Shown piece after piece: positions 11,851 to 25,561 of a DNA stretch of 64,000 bases. The notes under the pieces were generated by a model that ran no database searches, had not been told where the DNA came from, and saw only the letters and a program-made list of their open reading frames with translations. The first letter of the stretch is position 1. Each line of letters begins with the position of its first letter. The DNA comes from Octopus sinensis (lineage: Eukaryota). The position numbers and the translations under genes were made by a program. The stretch covers positions 36,704,001 to 36,768,000 of the forward strand of contig NC_043013.1 of NCBI RefSeq assembly GCF_006345805.1, written 5' to 3'.

Positions 11851-14071
11851 CTGTCATCATCATCATATTAATAATTTTTGCCGTTTTAGTTGTAGTAGTA
11901 GAAATAACTTTTTATTACTAATATTTTAGTAATAATAAGATGTTCATAATTAAAATTATTACGACTGTTACATTGATACCAGCCCAAACACTTTCAAGAA
12001 AATGTGTCTTTAGCTGATTGATTTGTATCAATAATGATAATTATATCCATAAACCTTGAGTTTTTGAAAAGCAAAACCAATCTGGACGCAGTATGGACTT
12101 GGAATTTAGAGTGACAACATTATACTAACACTCTACCAGCACTGTCAATTATATTTTTTCTAGTGTCCCACAGATTAGGGCATCACAAAAACTAGTCATT
12201 TTTGATTAAGTTTTGATGCTGGAAATTTTGAGGTAGGGATATAAAAAGTTAAATTAGACCATGGAATGATGAAAAGAAAAGTCAACGGTTAGAGTATTTA
12301 TTAGTAATAGTAATAGTACTTTCAGTAGTACCAAATTTCTGAAAGTTATAAAGGAAGGTGTATAGTCAATTGAATTATCTAATAGTGAACCTGTTTTACT
12401 ATCTCTAGAGAGATAAAAGGCAAAGTTTCATTCTAGCAATTTGAAATCTGGAGCTTAATTTCCTCTGCTTCTTAAGCATCATAATCTGTCTCTTTGTATT
12501 TTGATGCCCATGCTTCTTTAGTGTTTAGTGCTGTTGATATTGGTCTTCAGCAGATGATAGAGAGATCTCCTTGCTACGGATTGAATGCCAACCTATTGCA
12601 GTTACACTCTCACATGGAAAGTGGGGAAGCTAGCATTGAAAGTTGAGAAATCATATTTCTATTCAGTTTTTAGAGTATAGCCACTGTTTTCAGCTGGGAA
12701 TTACACTACTACAGCACCTACTTACAAACATGCAGTCTTGGTCATTAGAGGGTTAAGTATCTTGGTTACAAACATACACACAGTGTCAGTGACGGGATAT
12801 GAACAGCTGTCTTCTCAGATGTTTGTCTGGCACCCTATCAGCTCAGCCATTTGCACTCTGTACAATTTTAATAATAATAATAACAATAACAATAATAACA
12901 ATAGTAATAACAGGATAAAAATGAAATATAAGATATAGCTTAGACTTCAACAGGATAATAACAAAAGTATTCCGAAAAAATGTGGCCTTTTGGTAATTCA
13001 TTATCTTCTTTTTTATTTCTCATCATTATTGTTGTTGTAGTTGTTCTCATTCCTGGTGTTATTGATGCAGATGATGATGATACTGGGGCGGGTTGGTCTG
13101 GGTAATGTTTTCCTTTGTTTGTTTTAGAGGTGGGAAACTGACCTTTTCTGAAAGGTCACATGTTAAGTTAAACTCCTCCTCTGCTAACCTCAAATCCCCG
13201 CACCATCGCTTTTATATGGAATGGAATGATAGTGCCCAAGTCCATTCCAATCACATTCCCATTTTCTTTGGATTTGTTTTGCATTTTTTTTTTAGACTGT
13301 TGTTTTTGTTATTTGCTCCTGTTATTAATGCTGGTCTTTTTGTTGTTGTTGTTGTTGTGTGTGTGTAGAAGTTGACTTTTTTTAGTTGATGTATGTGTAA
13401 TATATTGTGTGTGATGTTATGTACGTTAGTTGAACTAGTTAGATAAAACTAAGGATGAAAAGAGCAGAGGGGCAACAGACATGAAGATAAAGAGACAGGG
13501 AAAGAATGTGTTTTTGTGTAAGAGAGAATAAAAAAAGGGAGAGAGAGAGAGAGACTGACTAAAGTTGGAGAGTAGAAAATCTATGTTATGTGATATCAGT
13601 CTAGCGCAAAACATCTTTCCACTGAGAGATAGATTGGATAAATGGATAGAGAAAGACACTAGAACATAGACACATATAAAATGTGTCTTCTACTATGTAA
13701 GCTAGCATTTATTCATACTTGTTTTGTATTTCAAGATCTAATAGACTTATGAGACACTTTGTATGAATGCATGTTTGTGTATGTATGTATGTATGTATGT
13801 ATGTTTGAAATGTGTATGTACATGAACATAAGCATGCCTATACACCTGATGCAATTTACAGTGACTTAGGTAGATTATAGTGCATCTGAGAAGTCAAAAG
13901 CCTATCCTTTGTACACAGATGTGTTCCAGACATACATGTGCACAGTCACATATACATTTAAAGTGATAATTAACACTTTACATTTACATATACTTGCATA
14001 TGTATGGACATTTGAATTCAGTTTTCTTAGACACACACACACACATATATACATTATACTTCGCTAGCACA

Positions 14072-14123
<52 letters not shown>

Positions 14124-14456
14124 CATACATACTTCGCTAGCACACATTCACACACACTTGACACATACATGACATACAAACAACCATTATTCCGTTCTAC
14201 ACACACACACATATACAGATACCCCTCCGTATATATCTGATCGTTTTCAGCCCATCACACCGTATTACACACTTCGACAGAGCATTAGTGTATATATTTA
14301 ATTCTGCACATACACACAAACATACATACATACATACATATGTACCTGCATACATATGCATAAACATATCTTCTTCCAGCGATGCACCAATATTTACACA
14401 CCGTCAATGTCTCTCACCCCTTACTTCTCCACCATTCTCCACATCGCTTCTAAGTC

Positions 14457-14489
<33 letters not shown>

Positions 14490-15479
14490 CCCTTACCTCA
14501 CTGTCTTCCTTTATTCAGCATCCAAACTTTAATGCACAATTGATGAAGTCTTCAAGAAATGACACCTCTGACCTTTTGAACTTGCCCTTGATGTTTTCAG
14601 CTTGTGGATCTCCATCCATGATGTATCTTGTTCAACTAGATTAGATTAGCTGAAGGAATTCATTAGATGCATTGGGCAATAGCCATTCTCTTCCTGTACA
14701 TTGCTCCCTATTGCTCCACCACCACCACCACCACCACCACCTCCATCATCACATCAACCAACACCATTCTCATGTTCCAATACCACTCCCATTTTTCCAT
14801 TCCTTTAGTTAAACAATCTCTAATCTACAAATTTCTTTCATTCAGAAGTTCTTCCTTTTTTTTTTTTATTTTATTTGTCTTCCTTGTTTGATTTATTTTT
14901 GTTTTTTGCTTTATATTCTATTCAGATATGTGTCTGAGTGTTTGTGTAAATACACACACATGTGTGTGTATTTATGCCTGTCTGTGTGTTTGTATGTATT
15001 AGCCAAATAGTCAAATGGATTAGGAATTGTGTGCTACAATCACATGTGTGGCGTGTTCATGTGCATGACTTTTGTTGTGTCTCTAACCTAAGACACTTAT
15101 TTCTACATTAAAGGAAAGGTAACTCTATTTGTCTATGAAAAACAATGCAGTTATCAGAGAGCAACTGAACACACACACACACACACACACACACAAAGTA
15201 ACCTGAAGGAACTTCTTTGTGACTTTAAGATTAACAACTAGAATGTGTCATTTCATACTAAAAGACTTTGTTATGTTTTTTATATATATATATGTGTGTG
15301 TGTGGTGTGTGTGTGTGTGTGTGTGTAAAATACACATACATTCATATATATATACATAGAAATATAAATATATATATACATCCATATATATATAAATATA
15401 TATACATATGTATATGTGTGTATCTGTATATATTTATGTATCTAAATATGTGTGTGTGTATCTATCTATATATATATGT

Positions 15480-15629
15480 ATGTATGTAATGTATGTATGT
15501 ATGTATGTATGTATCTATCTATATATATGTATATATATCTATATATATATGTATTATATATATATATAATATATATATATATATATAATATATATTATAT
15601 ATGTATTATATATATATATGTATATATCT

Positions 15630-15726
<97 letters not shown>

Positions 15727-15816
15727 ATATATATGTATATATATATTATATATATAATATATATATATATGTATATATATGTATATATATATTATATATA
15801 TATATATATATATATC

Positions 15817-15853
<37 letters not shown>

Positions 15854-15855
15854 TT
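15480..15855. repeat. Very long interrupted (TA)n array
   Basis: About 375 bp of almost pure alternating AT. Confidence 0.95.
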
Positions 15856-16513
15856 GCCAATTAACAAAACACAGGTAGAAAAGATAAAAACGGAAAGTGT
15901 GTGTGTGCATATACATATAACACAATACCAGGTAAGCAGTCAGTTCAGTTCAAAACAGGTAATAATAATGATAAATATAAAAAAAAAAAACTAAAGTAAA
16001 AACAATAAAAATGAAATAGAAGAAAATTGTAAGTTAAATCTTGCTGTGCATTTTGGGTATTCGGTGGGGCAGTTTGCTGGCTGGCCAGTAGTCAGTTGGT
16101 CAGGCTGCATTCAGCATAATAAGGCCATTTTGCCACTGTTGTGGTTGTTGCTGGTGCTGTGGTTGCTTTCCCACCTGCTAACTACTAATTGCATTGTAGC
16201 CACCTGTAGTTGTGTAGCTGGTTAGTTTGTAGCACATGGTTTGTTTGCTCCTCCCCCCTCTCTCTCTCCCTCTTACTCTCTATAATCCCCCCCTCCACCG
16301 CCGTGTGTGTGTGTCCATATTAATTTCTATTTCAATAACTTACAATATCTTAATACTAACACACAAACACTCACGCACATACATAAATACATATGACACA
16401 CCCTCAGTCTGTCTAATATGCAAAATCCGATTTTCATTTTTTTTTTCTCTTCCTTGACTGTCCCATAACTTCTCTCCTTTTTCATTATCTCACTAAGTAT
16501 CAGTTTCTACGAT

Positions 16514-16547
<34 letters not shown>

Positions 16548-16772
16548 CCCCCCCCTCTCTCTCTCTCACCATTCTCTGCAGTATGTTTTAGTCTTTCACA
16601 GACTACTTTTCAAGCTCCAGTTGCATCATAGTTATTGATCTTCTTGCTTGTATGTTATAAGTAGCGGAAATATGTCCCATCTGGGGCAGTTATGGAATAC
16701 ATGCTAACAGTCTGCACTCTCCTGATTCTTTTCTTCTCTTCTCCCATCACCTCTACCAGCACCTCATTCCAT

Positions 16773-16968
16773 TCATCATCATCATCATCATCGTCGTCGT
16801 CATTTAACGTTTGTTGTTCATGCTGGCATGGGTTGGACGGTGTGACCAGAGCTGGCAAGCTGGGGGACTGCACCAGACTCCAATCTGATTTGGCATGGTT
16901 TCTACAGCTGGATGCCCTTCCTAACATCAACCACTTTACAGAGTGTACTGCATGCTTTTACGTGGCAC
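16773..16968 (-). mobile_element. SINE 3' half with GGAAGGGCATCCAGCTGTAGAAAC core (V/Meta-domain-like), RTE-like end and (TGA)n tail
   Basis: Minus strand reads GTGGTTGATGTTAGGAAGGGCATCCAGCTGTAGAAACCATGCC...CCGTCCAACCCATGCCAGCATG...CGTTAAATGACGACGATGATG. Related copies lie at 40445-40620 and 27510-27630. Confidence 0.65.
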
Positions 16969-17119
16969 TGCATGAATTATTATTATTAGTAGTAGTAGTA
17001 GTAACGATAAACTTTACAGTTATAAAAGTGCTATAAGTGGGACTGTCTGAGATATGAGCTGATGATTGATGTAACCATACAGCATACACTTGTTCAGTCT
17101 CCAAGCATTGCTGGCATGT

Positions 17120-17225
17120 GGAGTTAATGAAATAAGTACCAGTTGTATACTGGAGTCGATGTAATCAACTATCCCTCCCTCCCCCCAAATTTCAGGCCTT
17201 GTGTTTATAGTAGAAAGGATTATTG
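17120..17225 (+). mobile_element. 3' fragment of SINE (GGTGAGCTGGCAGAA-head family)
   Basis: GAAATAAGTACCAGTTGTATACTGGAGTCGATGTAATC...AAATTTCAGGCCTTGTG...AGTAGAAAGGATTATT matches the 3' half of 32583-32800. Confidence 0.65.
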
Positions 17226-19219
17226 TTATTATCTTCGTCCTAACCCACCCTCTGTGACACCCTTCTCCCTTATTACTTTTATAACAATAATAACAAGTAC
17301 TTATGTGAACTCAACCCACATGCTACCATTACCTCTGATCGAACAAAACACTTGCTTTTTGGGTTTTTTTGCAAGAAAATCTCTCACATATACTTATATA
17401 CACCCAGACAAGCATATACACATTCAACATTCAAAACACTTGTGACAGATAGATTTCAGATCTATATATATTATTAATACACTGAGTAACACTTATGTAG
17501 ACTGATTTGAAATATTACAGGTATGCATATATGTATTTTGTATTTCTTTTTATATAATAGGCCTGGATGTGAAATGCCTGGTGTGTATCTTGTTGTGGCT
17601 ACCCCCTCCTAAAAAATGGAGAATAGGCCTAGGTGTATAAAAAAATATATGTAGGTATATATATATATATCTGTATGTGTGAGTGTGTGTGTGTGTTTGT
17701 ACTCCTCGTATTGACATGCTTTGAGCTACTAGTACTCTCTTGTCACATACACATACATACTTGTACAGACATAGGGATGCACATGTTCAAATGCAAAAAC
17801 AAAAAAGAGCAATCTTTTTTTAACAGTTTTTGCCTGTTACATGTTGTCATGTATTTGTTGGTGGGTGGCTTGATATTTTCATAATTTTTTTTAGTGGTTG
17901 ATAAATGTCATATAAAAAACAAAAAAGAGAGCAAAAATAAAAGGAAAGCAAGATATCAGTAATGTACTGGAATCTGTTCAGCTCACTGCTCCTCGTCTCT
18001 ATCCGTTTGGATTTGTATATAATCACAGACAAGTCGTTATTAGGGTACCAGGTACAATGCTGTCATGTTGCAATGGTATAGCCATAAACTGTCATCAAGT
18101 GTATGTCAGGGATTTAAATTTTGATTCTTTGCTGAAATTTCCACTAGAAATTTCTGCCGTTGATCTTGGGAAAGACATGCTTAAATGCAACAATCGTGCA
18201 TCATTTTGTTTATTGCTGGCAGATAGCTATACTGGATGAATTAGTAGAAATGGTTGATGGAGCACCTGACAGTGTGTAACTTCCTCTCTAAGTTCAAATC
18301 ATGGTAGAGCCAACTCTAGATGTGTCTCGACATTAGTTCAATCAGTTATACCCTTCTACAAATATGTGATCCTGGGACAGTATTAAAAAAAAATCACTGT
18401 TAATGGTTACGAGATATCAGTAACATTGTCCTCCTCCTTCTCATCATCATCATCATCATCATTGTTGTATCTATCAGATATTTGCATTGGACGGTATTAA
18501 TACTTTGCACAGGTCTTTCTCTTCACGGCAGTGTTTTTTATTCTTCTCTTTATTTGAGTATTTTTGTTGTCTTGTTGACTTAATTTTGTTGTTGCTGTTG
18601 TTGTCCGTATTACTTAGTGTTGTCGTTCTTGCTATTGCAGTTGTGATTGTTTTCTGCCTTTACTCTATAATTTCCACTCACTGGTGCAAGGCTGGTGGTG
18701 ACGACGGATTGTTTACCCTTGTTATTATAGGCCTTTCCACTTAGTTAAATTAACAAATTAACTGTGTTTGGTGAACATTAGGTTGCTCATAACTCGATTT
18801 AATGACGACAGCAACAAAAACAACAGCAACAGCAGAAATAACAATAACAAAACAACTTTACAAATGAGTAAAATGTTTTAACTAAAACAAGAAGAGATAT
18901 AAAGAGGAAGATACAAGATTGTTACAGAGGCACAAATATACAGTAGATATTTACATTTATGCACACTGACAATTAAGCACACACACACGTACACATAGTA
19001 ACACATAGATACAGAAAACCCAGCCTAATTAAGCTAGATCAACTCTAAAGACTTTGATTTGTTATTGTGTCTTATAATCTCTTTTGAGTTGTCTGTGTTG
19101 TAATTTTCTCGCTATTGTCCTTCTTGGAAGCTGTTTTGATTCAAGTATTCAGTAATTCCCCAGTTTCGCATTTTTATTGTTAGCTTGTGTGTGAGGTGAG
19201 ATAATCAAATGCATACAAC

Positions 19220-19268
<49 letters not shown>

Positions 19269-19324
19269 GTATGTATTATATCTTGAAAAGTATTGCAATT
19301 ACTAATATGCGTTTTCATGTGTGC

Positions 19325-19364
<40 letters not shown>

Positions 19365-22300
19365 TGTGGTAGTGTGTGTGTGTGTGCATATTGATGTGTG
19401 CATATAGTGTGTGTGTGTGTTATTGGACTGTGGTTGTGCTGAAACAACACCTCCACAGGTTGTTGTCCATCATATCAAACCCAGTACTTATTTCATCCGT
19501 CTCTATTTATCAAATGGCTACGCTACCTTTTTGGACTCAACAGCAGTTTTTGTATATAACATTGAAGTCCATTGGTGTCTCTCTTCTTTACTTAGTATTT
19601 CATACCTAAACAGTGAATTTTGATGGGTAGCTGTTTTTCCACAACAATATGTCTGATATATGTCTGAGAGGTGATTCAGCTGATATTTTTGCGTGCACTG
19701 CTTTTCTTCTATTTCTTTTTTTGTTTTTTTTTTTTTTGTCTTTGCAGTTTTTAATATTACTATTATTGTTTATTGGCTAATCTATACCGGTTTCCTTTTG
19801 CAAGTTGGCCAGTTAGCAGAACCATTAGAATATTGGATAGTAGTATGCAATACCATATCCTCTCTGGCACCCTGCACATGGAGTTCAAATCTTGCCAGAG
19901 TGTGATCAAGTATCAGTCCCATAATTGGTTCAGTTCTTCTCGTTTTCTCTGTCTTTGAATTATACTTGTTTTCAAAGGTCCATCTATGTCACATTGTATC
20001 ATGCTGATTTCACCTGAGAAGTGCATTAGGCATAGGTATGTCTGTAGAATATTCTTGTCCCTTAGACATATTTCATACGTAGTTATTCAGTTTGTTTTAC
20101 AATTTTGGATCTTCATCCCTGAAACTAACAGAGAATCCACCATGTCCTCTGGACAGCAATGACAATACCTTTGAAATGTTCTGTTATATAGCTATAAGGA
20201 ATCAAAGAGAGACTACTGACTCCATTAATAGTGACACTGAACTTTAGTTTGCTGAGCACAAATTCATGCATGTCTATCTGTATGTATAAGTAGGCATTTC
20301 TGTTTTATTCAAATGAGTGCTATATTTTATATACCATTTTAGTAACTAATGGATAAACTAGAGATATGGTTGTAAGTCTTCCCCTTAAAGTGTTGTAAGG
20401 GAATTAGTGTTAGACGATTAACAATTTAAATAAAATCAGAACTGTTAAATGTTTTGATTCTTTACATGGCTTGTGTGTTTGTGTATACATATTTGTGTGT
20501 GTACATGATTTGTATGAATATATATATTTGTATTGTGTGTCACGTAGACGTATGCCATGTTTTTTGCTTTTTTTTACTTCCTGACCACAAATACTTGCTA
20601 ACAAAAGTGCACACATATATCCGTGCTCACACACACACGCACGCACACACAAACACACACACACACTCAAACATTTATGCATCTTGACAATATTACTGAA
20701 AGTCAAGGTTACCAACAAAAGACACATAGACAGTCAATCCAGCCTTTCAGAATTGCATCATGCCAGTCAATGCATCACATCAATCAAGTTACATTTTAGC
20801 AATAAGGAGAAGAGGAAAGAGAAAAAGACAAAAGAATATATATATATATATATATATATAAAAAAAGTGAAAATAAACAAGTGCTTCACACATGTTCTCA
20901 CAAATGAAAAAAAAAATCCAAAAAACCAAGTAACATCAAAAATTATTTTCCACTCACTAGACATACATGTATGGACTCCTGTGCATATATTGCTATACAA
21001 ATACATATACATGAACACACAAATACATATGCTTCATGCTATCTAAACTGCAACAAAAACGCTTGTCATTTTGATAAAGACTGGCTATTACTCTTTTGTA
21101 ATGCAAATAGAAGCATCTAAATTAAAATCATCACTCACATGCACATATACATTCTCATGCTTGCTTTTCTGTGTTTTTTTTTCCCCTTTTTATACTTTTA
21201 TTTGCTGTTTGAGATGAATTTTTCAATGTTTAGTATAAAAGGTGATGTATTCTTTACTGGTTTTTCAAATTTGGATATTTGCATATTGTCAAAAGAGTTG
21301 CTTTTTCTGCAGCTGGATTACATCATCATTATCATCATCATCAGTACCACCACTAACTAACTAGCCAACTGTGAATTCGGGACGGGACCTGTTTGTCAAT
21401 CAAGCAAAACAGGCTTATGTAGTCTTTGTTATTTCTACCTTACATTGCCCCGTGGTTCTTGCAAGTTTTGAACTCGTCACCATCTGGTCAGTAGTCTACT
21501 ACATTAAATCCACAACTATTGTTGCTTTAGCGAAAGAAAAGGAAAACCACTTGTGCTAAGAATCAATCCTAATTTTCATCACCACTCACTCACTCGTACA
21601 CACACACACTCATACACACATTTGTCATCACAAAATATGAGACTGTGATTTGCAACTAAAGCAAAGCTAAAATATAGCTCTGACAAAATGTCGTCCAAGA
21701 TATTTGCGCCAAAGACCTTGAATATTCAACCAACATGCTACTCCTTTTATTTTCTCCCTTATGTTGCTCTTCTTGTTGTTTAATTAATTTGCCTGATGAT
21801 TTGTCAAAGTTCATTCAGTCTCACAGATCTCTGTCAGCTTGCATGCATGCATGCATGCATCCATGTGTGTGTGTGTGCTTGTGTGTATGAGTCTACATGT
21901 GTTTGCATGTGGTGAAAGATGGAATTTCAAAATTATTGATTAACTGTTGGGTTACATTTTTTCTGTGACCTCTCACCCACAGTCTCTCAGGTCACCTCCT
22001 TTTCATCTCACTATTTATTTTTTTTATGAGTGGTGATGGTGGTGTTGATGGTTTACTAGTCCTTTAAACAACACCTGTTATATTTCCTTCTTTTTCCCCT
22101 TTATCTTATATCGTTTTCTCTGTCTGTCAATCTTTTTGATTTTTTCCCTTTTTTTATACATTCTCCATTTTACCTCTCTCTTTTTCCCCTTCTCTCTCTC
22201 TCTATTTTTTTTTAGTTTAACTCGCTATTCATTCAATGTATTTTCTTCTACATCATCATTCATTCATACTACCATTATCAGGATTTTCACTCATCATGAT

Positions 22301-22404
22301 TTTTATCAGCATTACCATCATCTCCACCACAACACCACCATCTTCATCACAATTCAACTATCATTATCCTTATGTTCTCTCATCATTATGTACTCCTTGT
22401 GAGC

Positions 22405-22437
<33 letters not shown>

Positions 22438-23267
22438 TTCATTGTTTTCATCCCACCATCACCTTTGAAAGTTTCTCACCTGTTCATCAGCAGTCCATTA
22501 ATTAATATTTCTCACCTTTCACTTTCTTCAGCCTCCTTGCTCTTTCTGTGATCCATTTCTGGATCTTTGTCTTTTTTGTTTATCATGCATGAAGAAGGAT
22601 AGCAAGGGAAATAAAGCAGAGAGGGATCTTAATGAGTGTGTGTGTGTGTGTGTGAGGAGCAAAGCACTAGACATTTCTGCATCAGGAAAAGGTCATTTAG
22701 TAAATTTCCATGCCTTTCTGCTTTCTTTACTATCCTTTTCTTTTCAATCACCCTCTCCCTATCTCCAGCCTCTCTTCTAATCAAATTAATATAGCCCCTC
22801 CCTTTTGTTTTTCTATTTATATTTAAGTCTTGAATTCATACCATGATTAAGCTGAACCCAAAATAACCCATAAGAGTTGATAATAAGGATGATAATGATT
22901 GTGAACATTATCATGAAGATTGTGAACATTATCATGTTCACAATCCTGAAGATTATTAAACATGAATACGAGCCATTAGATTCTGAATGAAGTTTTGATG
23001 CAGAGGGGAGAAGAAAATGATGGTATGACATTGATGCTTCAACCAGCACTCTCAGATCCATACTGTAACAACAATCGTGACACTGTTTGCCTAGTGATGG
23101 TGATTTGATGGTAATGGATAAATAAACAAACAGATAATTAAAATTTAAGAACAAATACACCTTTAAAAATTGATTATATTGTCTTAAAACAATATACACA
23201 AGCTTTCATGCGTTCAAGTACATGCATGAGGACTATACACAAACACATAATTTGTACATTTTATTAA

Positions 23268-23307
<40 letters not shown>

Positions 23308-23512
23308 CATTGATGATATTATCATTTAAAGTGTTCCATGCTGGCATGGAATTAGTCAAAACAAATTAGTCCAGATTTCATTTCGACCCCAGTGCAACTT
23401 CATATATAATTGAATCAAAACTGTACGTACCTGTGAACTTACTATCATTAGACATATCTTGATCTGATTTACCATTTTATGACTCTTGCTTAATCAACTC
23501 TTATTGTCTCTT

Positions 23513-23562
<50 letters not shown>

Positions 23563-23639
23563 TATATATATATAAATATATGTGTGTGTGTGTGTGAGTG
23601 TGTGTGTGTGTATAAGCATACACACATGCACATATGTTT

Positions 23640-23847
23640 GTGGGAACAGATGTTGCTTCAAAGTGGCTGTGTATCAGGAGGTGCAAACCCTGGAAGGGGC
23701 AACCCTATCAGGAGTACTGCTAACTGGACACAAGGTAGGGCTTTTGTCAACCTTGGCTGGGTCAGCTGGGTGAGTGGGGTCTGATGTTGAAAGACTCTGG
23801 GACACCTAATGACCCTGGAAACGCCATTGATGATGTATGGAAAAAAA
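23640..23847 (+). mobile_element. 3' end of a Hero-like (R2 superclade, RLE-type) non-LTR retrotransposon
   Basis: Frame from 23646 reads TDVASKWLCIRRCKPWKGQPYQEYC* (stop 23721-23723), resembling the ASRWLWIRR..PW C-terminus I recall for Hero elements. It is followed by a GC-rich 3' UTR (GGCTGGGTCAGCTGGGTGAG..GTCTGATGTTGAAAGAC..TGATGATGT) and A7. The island sits between TA/TG microsatellites. Confidence 0.55.
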
Positions 23848-23849
23848 TA

Positions 23850-23882
<33 letters not shown>

Positions 23883-25506
23883 CATCAGTGCACCTGTATA
23901 TATATGTATTTGCTGTGTAAACTGTAGCTGTTTTTGAGTGTGTGTGTGTCTGTACATGTGTATGTCTGTGTATTCTGAGTGCATTAATTAATGATGATCA
24001 AAAATAGAGAGATTGATAGAAAGACAGACGTATGGAAACAAAGAATGAGAATATATATGTCAATAAGTGAGAGAGAGAAACAGAGAGATCATATTAGAAA
24101 GGGAGAAAATATTTGAGAAAGAAAGAGTGCAAGAGGGTGAGATGTGAAAAAGAGAGAGAAACGATAAAAACAAAAAGAACTGATTGATGATTTTACTCTA
24201 TTTTATTAGTATTTGCTTTGGTATTATTATCTTTAGTAGTGGTAGTAATATTGTTAAGGTTGTTGTTGTTGTTGTTTAATTTCGGTTTCTTTTGTTTTTA
24301 TTCTTTATACAGTTTTGTTAATAACATGTAAAAATATAAATAAATAAACTGAAACAAATGAGTGTGTGTGTGTGTGTGGTTTCTTTGAATAAAACAAACA
24401 AAAATTACAAACAAGTAAAATAACTACTTTTACAAGAAAAAAAGTGAACAAAACAATAATAACACACACAAAACAAAAAAAAAAGCAAATCGACTGAAAA
24501 TAAAATTTGAAGAAAAATAAAATATAGAATAAAAAAAAAACTAGGATGAAAATACAAGACAAAGAAGGAAAGCAAGCAATCCAAAAATATCAAATTTAAA
24601 TTAAATTTTTCCAATTATTTAGATATTTAAAAATAAAAAAAAAGTAGAGAGAGAAATATTACACAAAAAACAAAAGGTACAGACAGAAAACAAAGAGAGA
24701 AAATAAAAAAAAACAAAAAACAAAAACAACAAATAACAAAAAATAAAGTATTTAAAAAATTTTTTTTTTAAACTGCCATCACCACCACCACTGCTGTCGC
24801 CACCACAACCAATAACGACTACACCACCGCCACCATCATAGCTACCAACAGTACCAACACCATCGTAACAACCACTAACATCAACACTACCAATAAATAA
24901 TACTAATACTACTACTAATAATAATAATTAACAAATAATTTGAAAAATAAAAATTACAGTAAAATTTTTAAAATGTAGAAGTAAAGCGAAAAGGATTTTT
25001 CCCTCTTCATATTTATTTTCTTTATGTTTAATATTTGTTTTTCTTAGGGTTTTTTTTCTTCATTTTCTCTCTTCATTTAGGGGTGTTTTTTTTCTTTAAT
25101 TTCAAGTTTTTTTTTTGTGTGTGGGTGTTTGTTTGTTTGTTTTTAACATCTTGCTTCATTGTTTCATTTCTCGTTCTTCTTTCTCTTCTGGTCTTGTCTC
25201 CGAGTAAAAAAACAAAAACACATAATAATAATAATAATAATAATAAAATAGATGAAAAAAAATGGAAGAAAATAACCAACAACAGCAACAACAACAACAT
25301 GACAAAAACTGATGTGTCAGCCAGGGAAAGGTCATGTTTTAGGCAGTAATTATAGAGTTCTTCTATTGTCATTTAAATGCAAATATGTCTTAATTAGAAT
25401 AATGGCTGCAGTGTACAGGGCTAAATAAACTAATCTTCATATCACACACACACACATATCGACATATATACGCACACATATATTCATGCATGCACATATA
25501 GACATA

Positions 25507-25561
<55 letters not shown>

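Noticed and set aside
15929-15937. Consensus-like donor CAG|GTAAGC
   Set aside because: No plausible acceptor or promoter upstream, only (TA)n; expected by chance.
22688-25334. Isolated AAAGGTCA sites at 22688 and 25327
   Set aside because: A few single octamers are expected by chance in 64 kb of AT-rich DNA. Only the paired site at 13139-13158 is notable.
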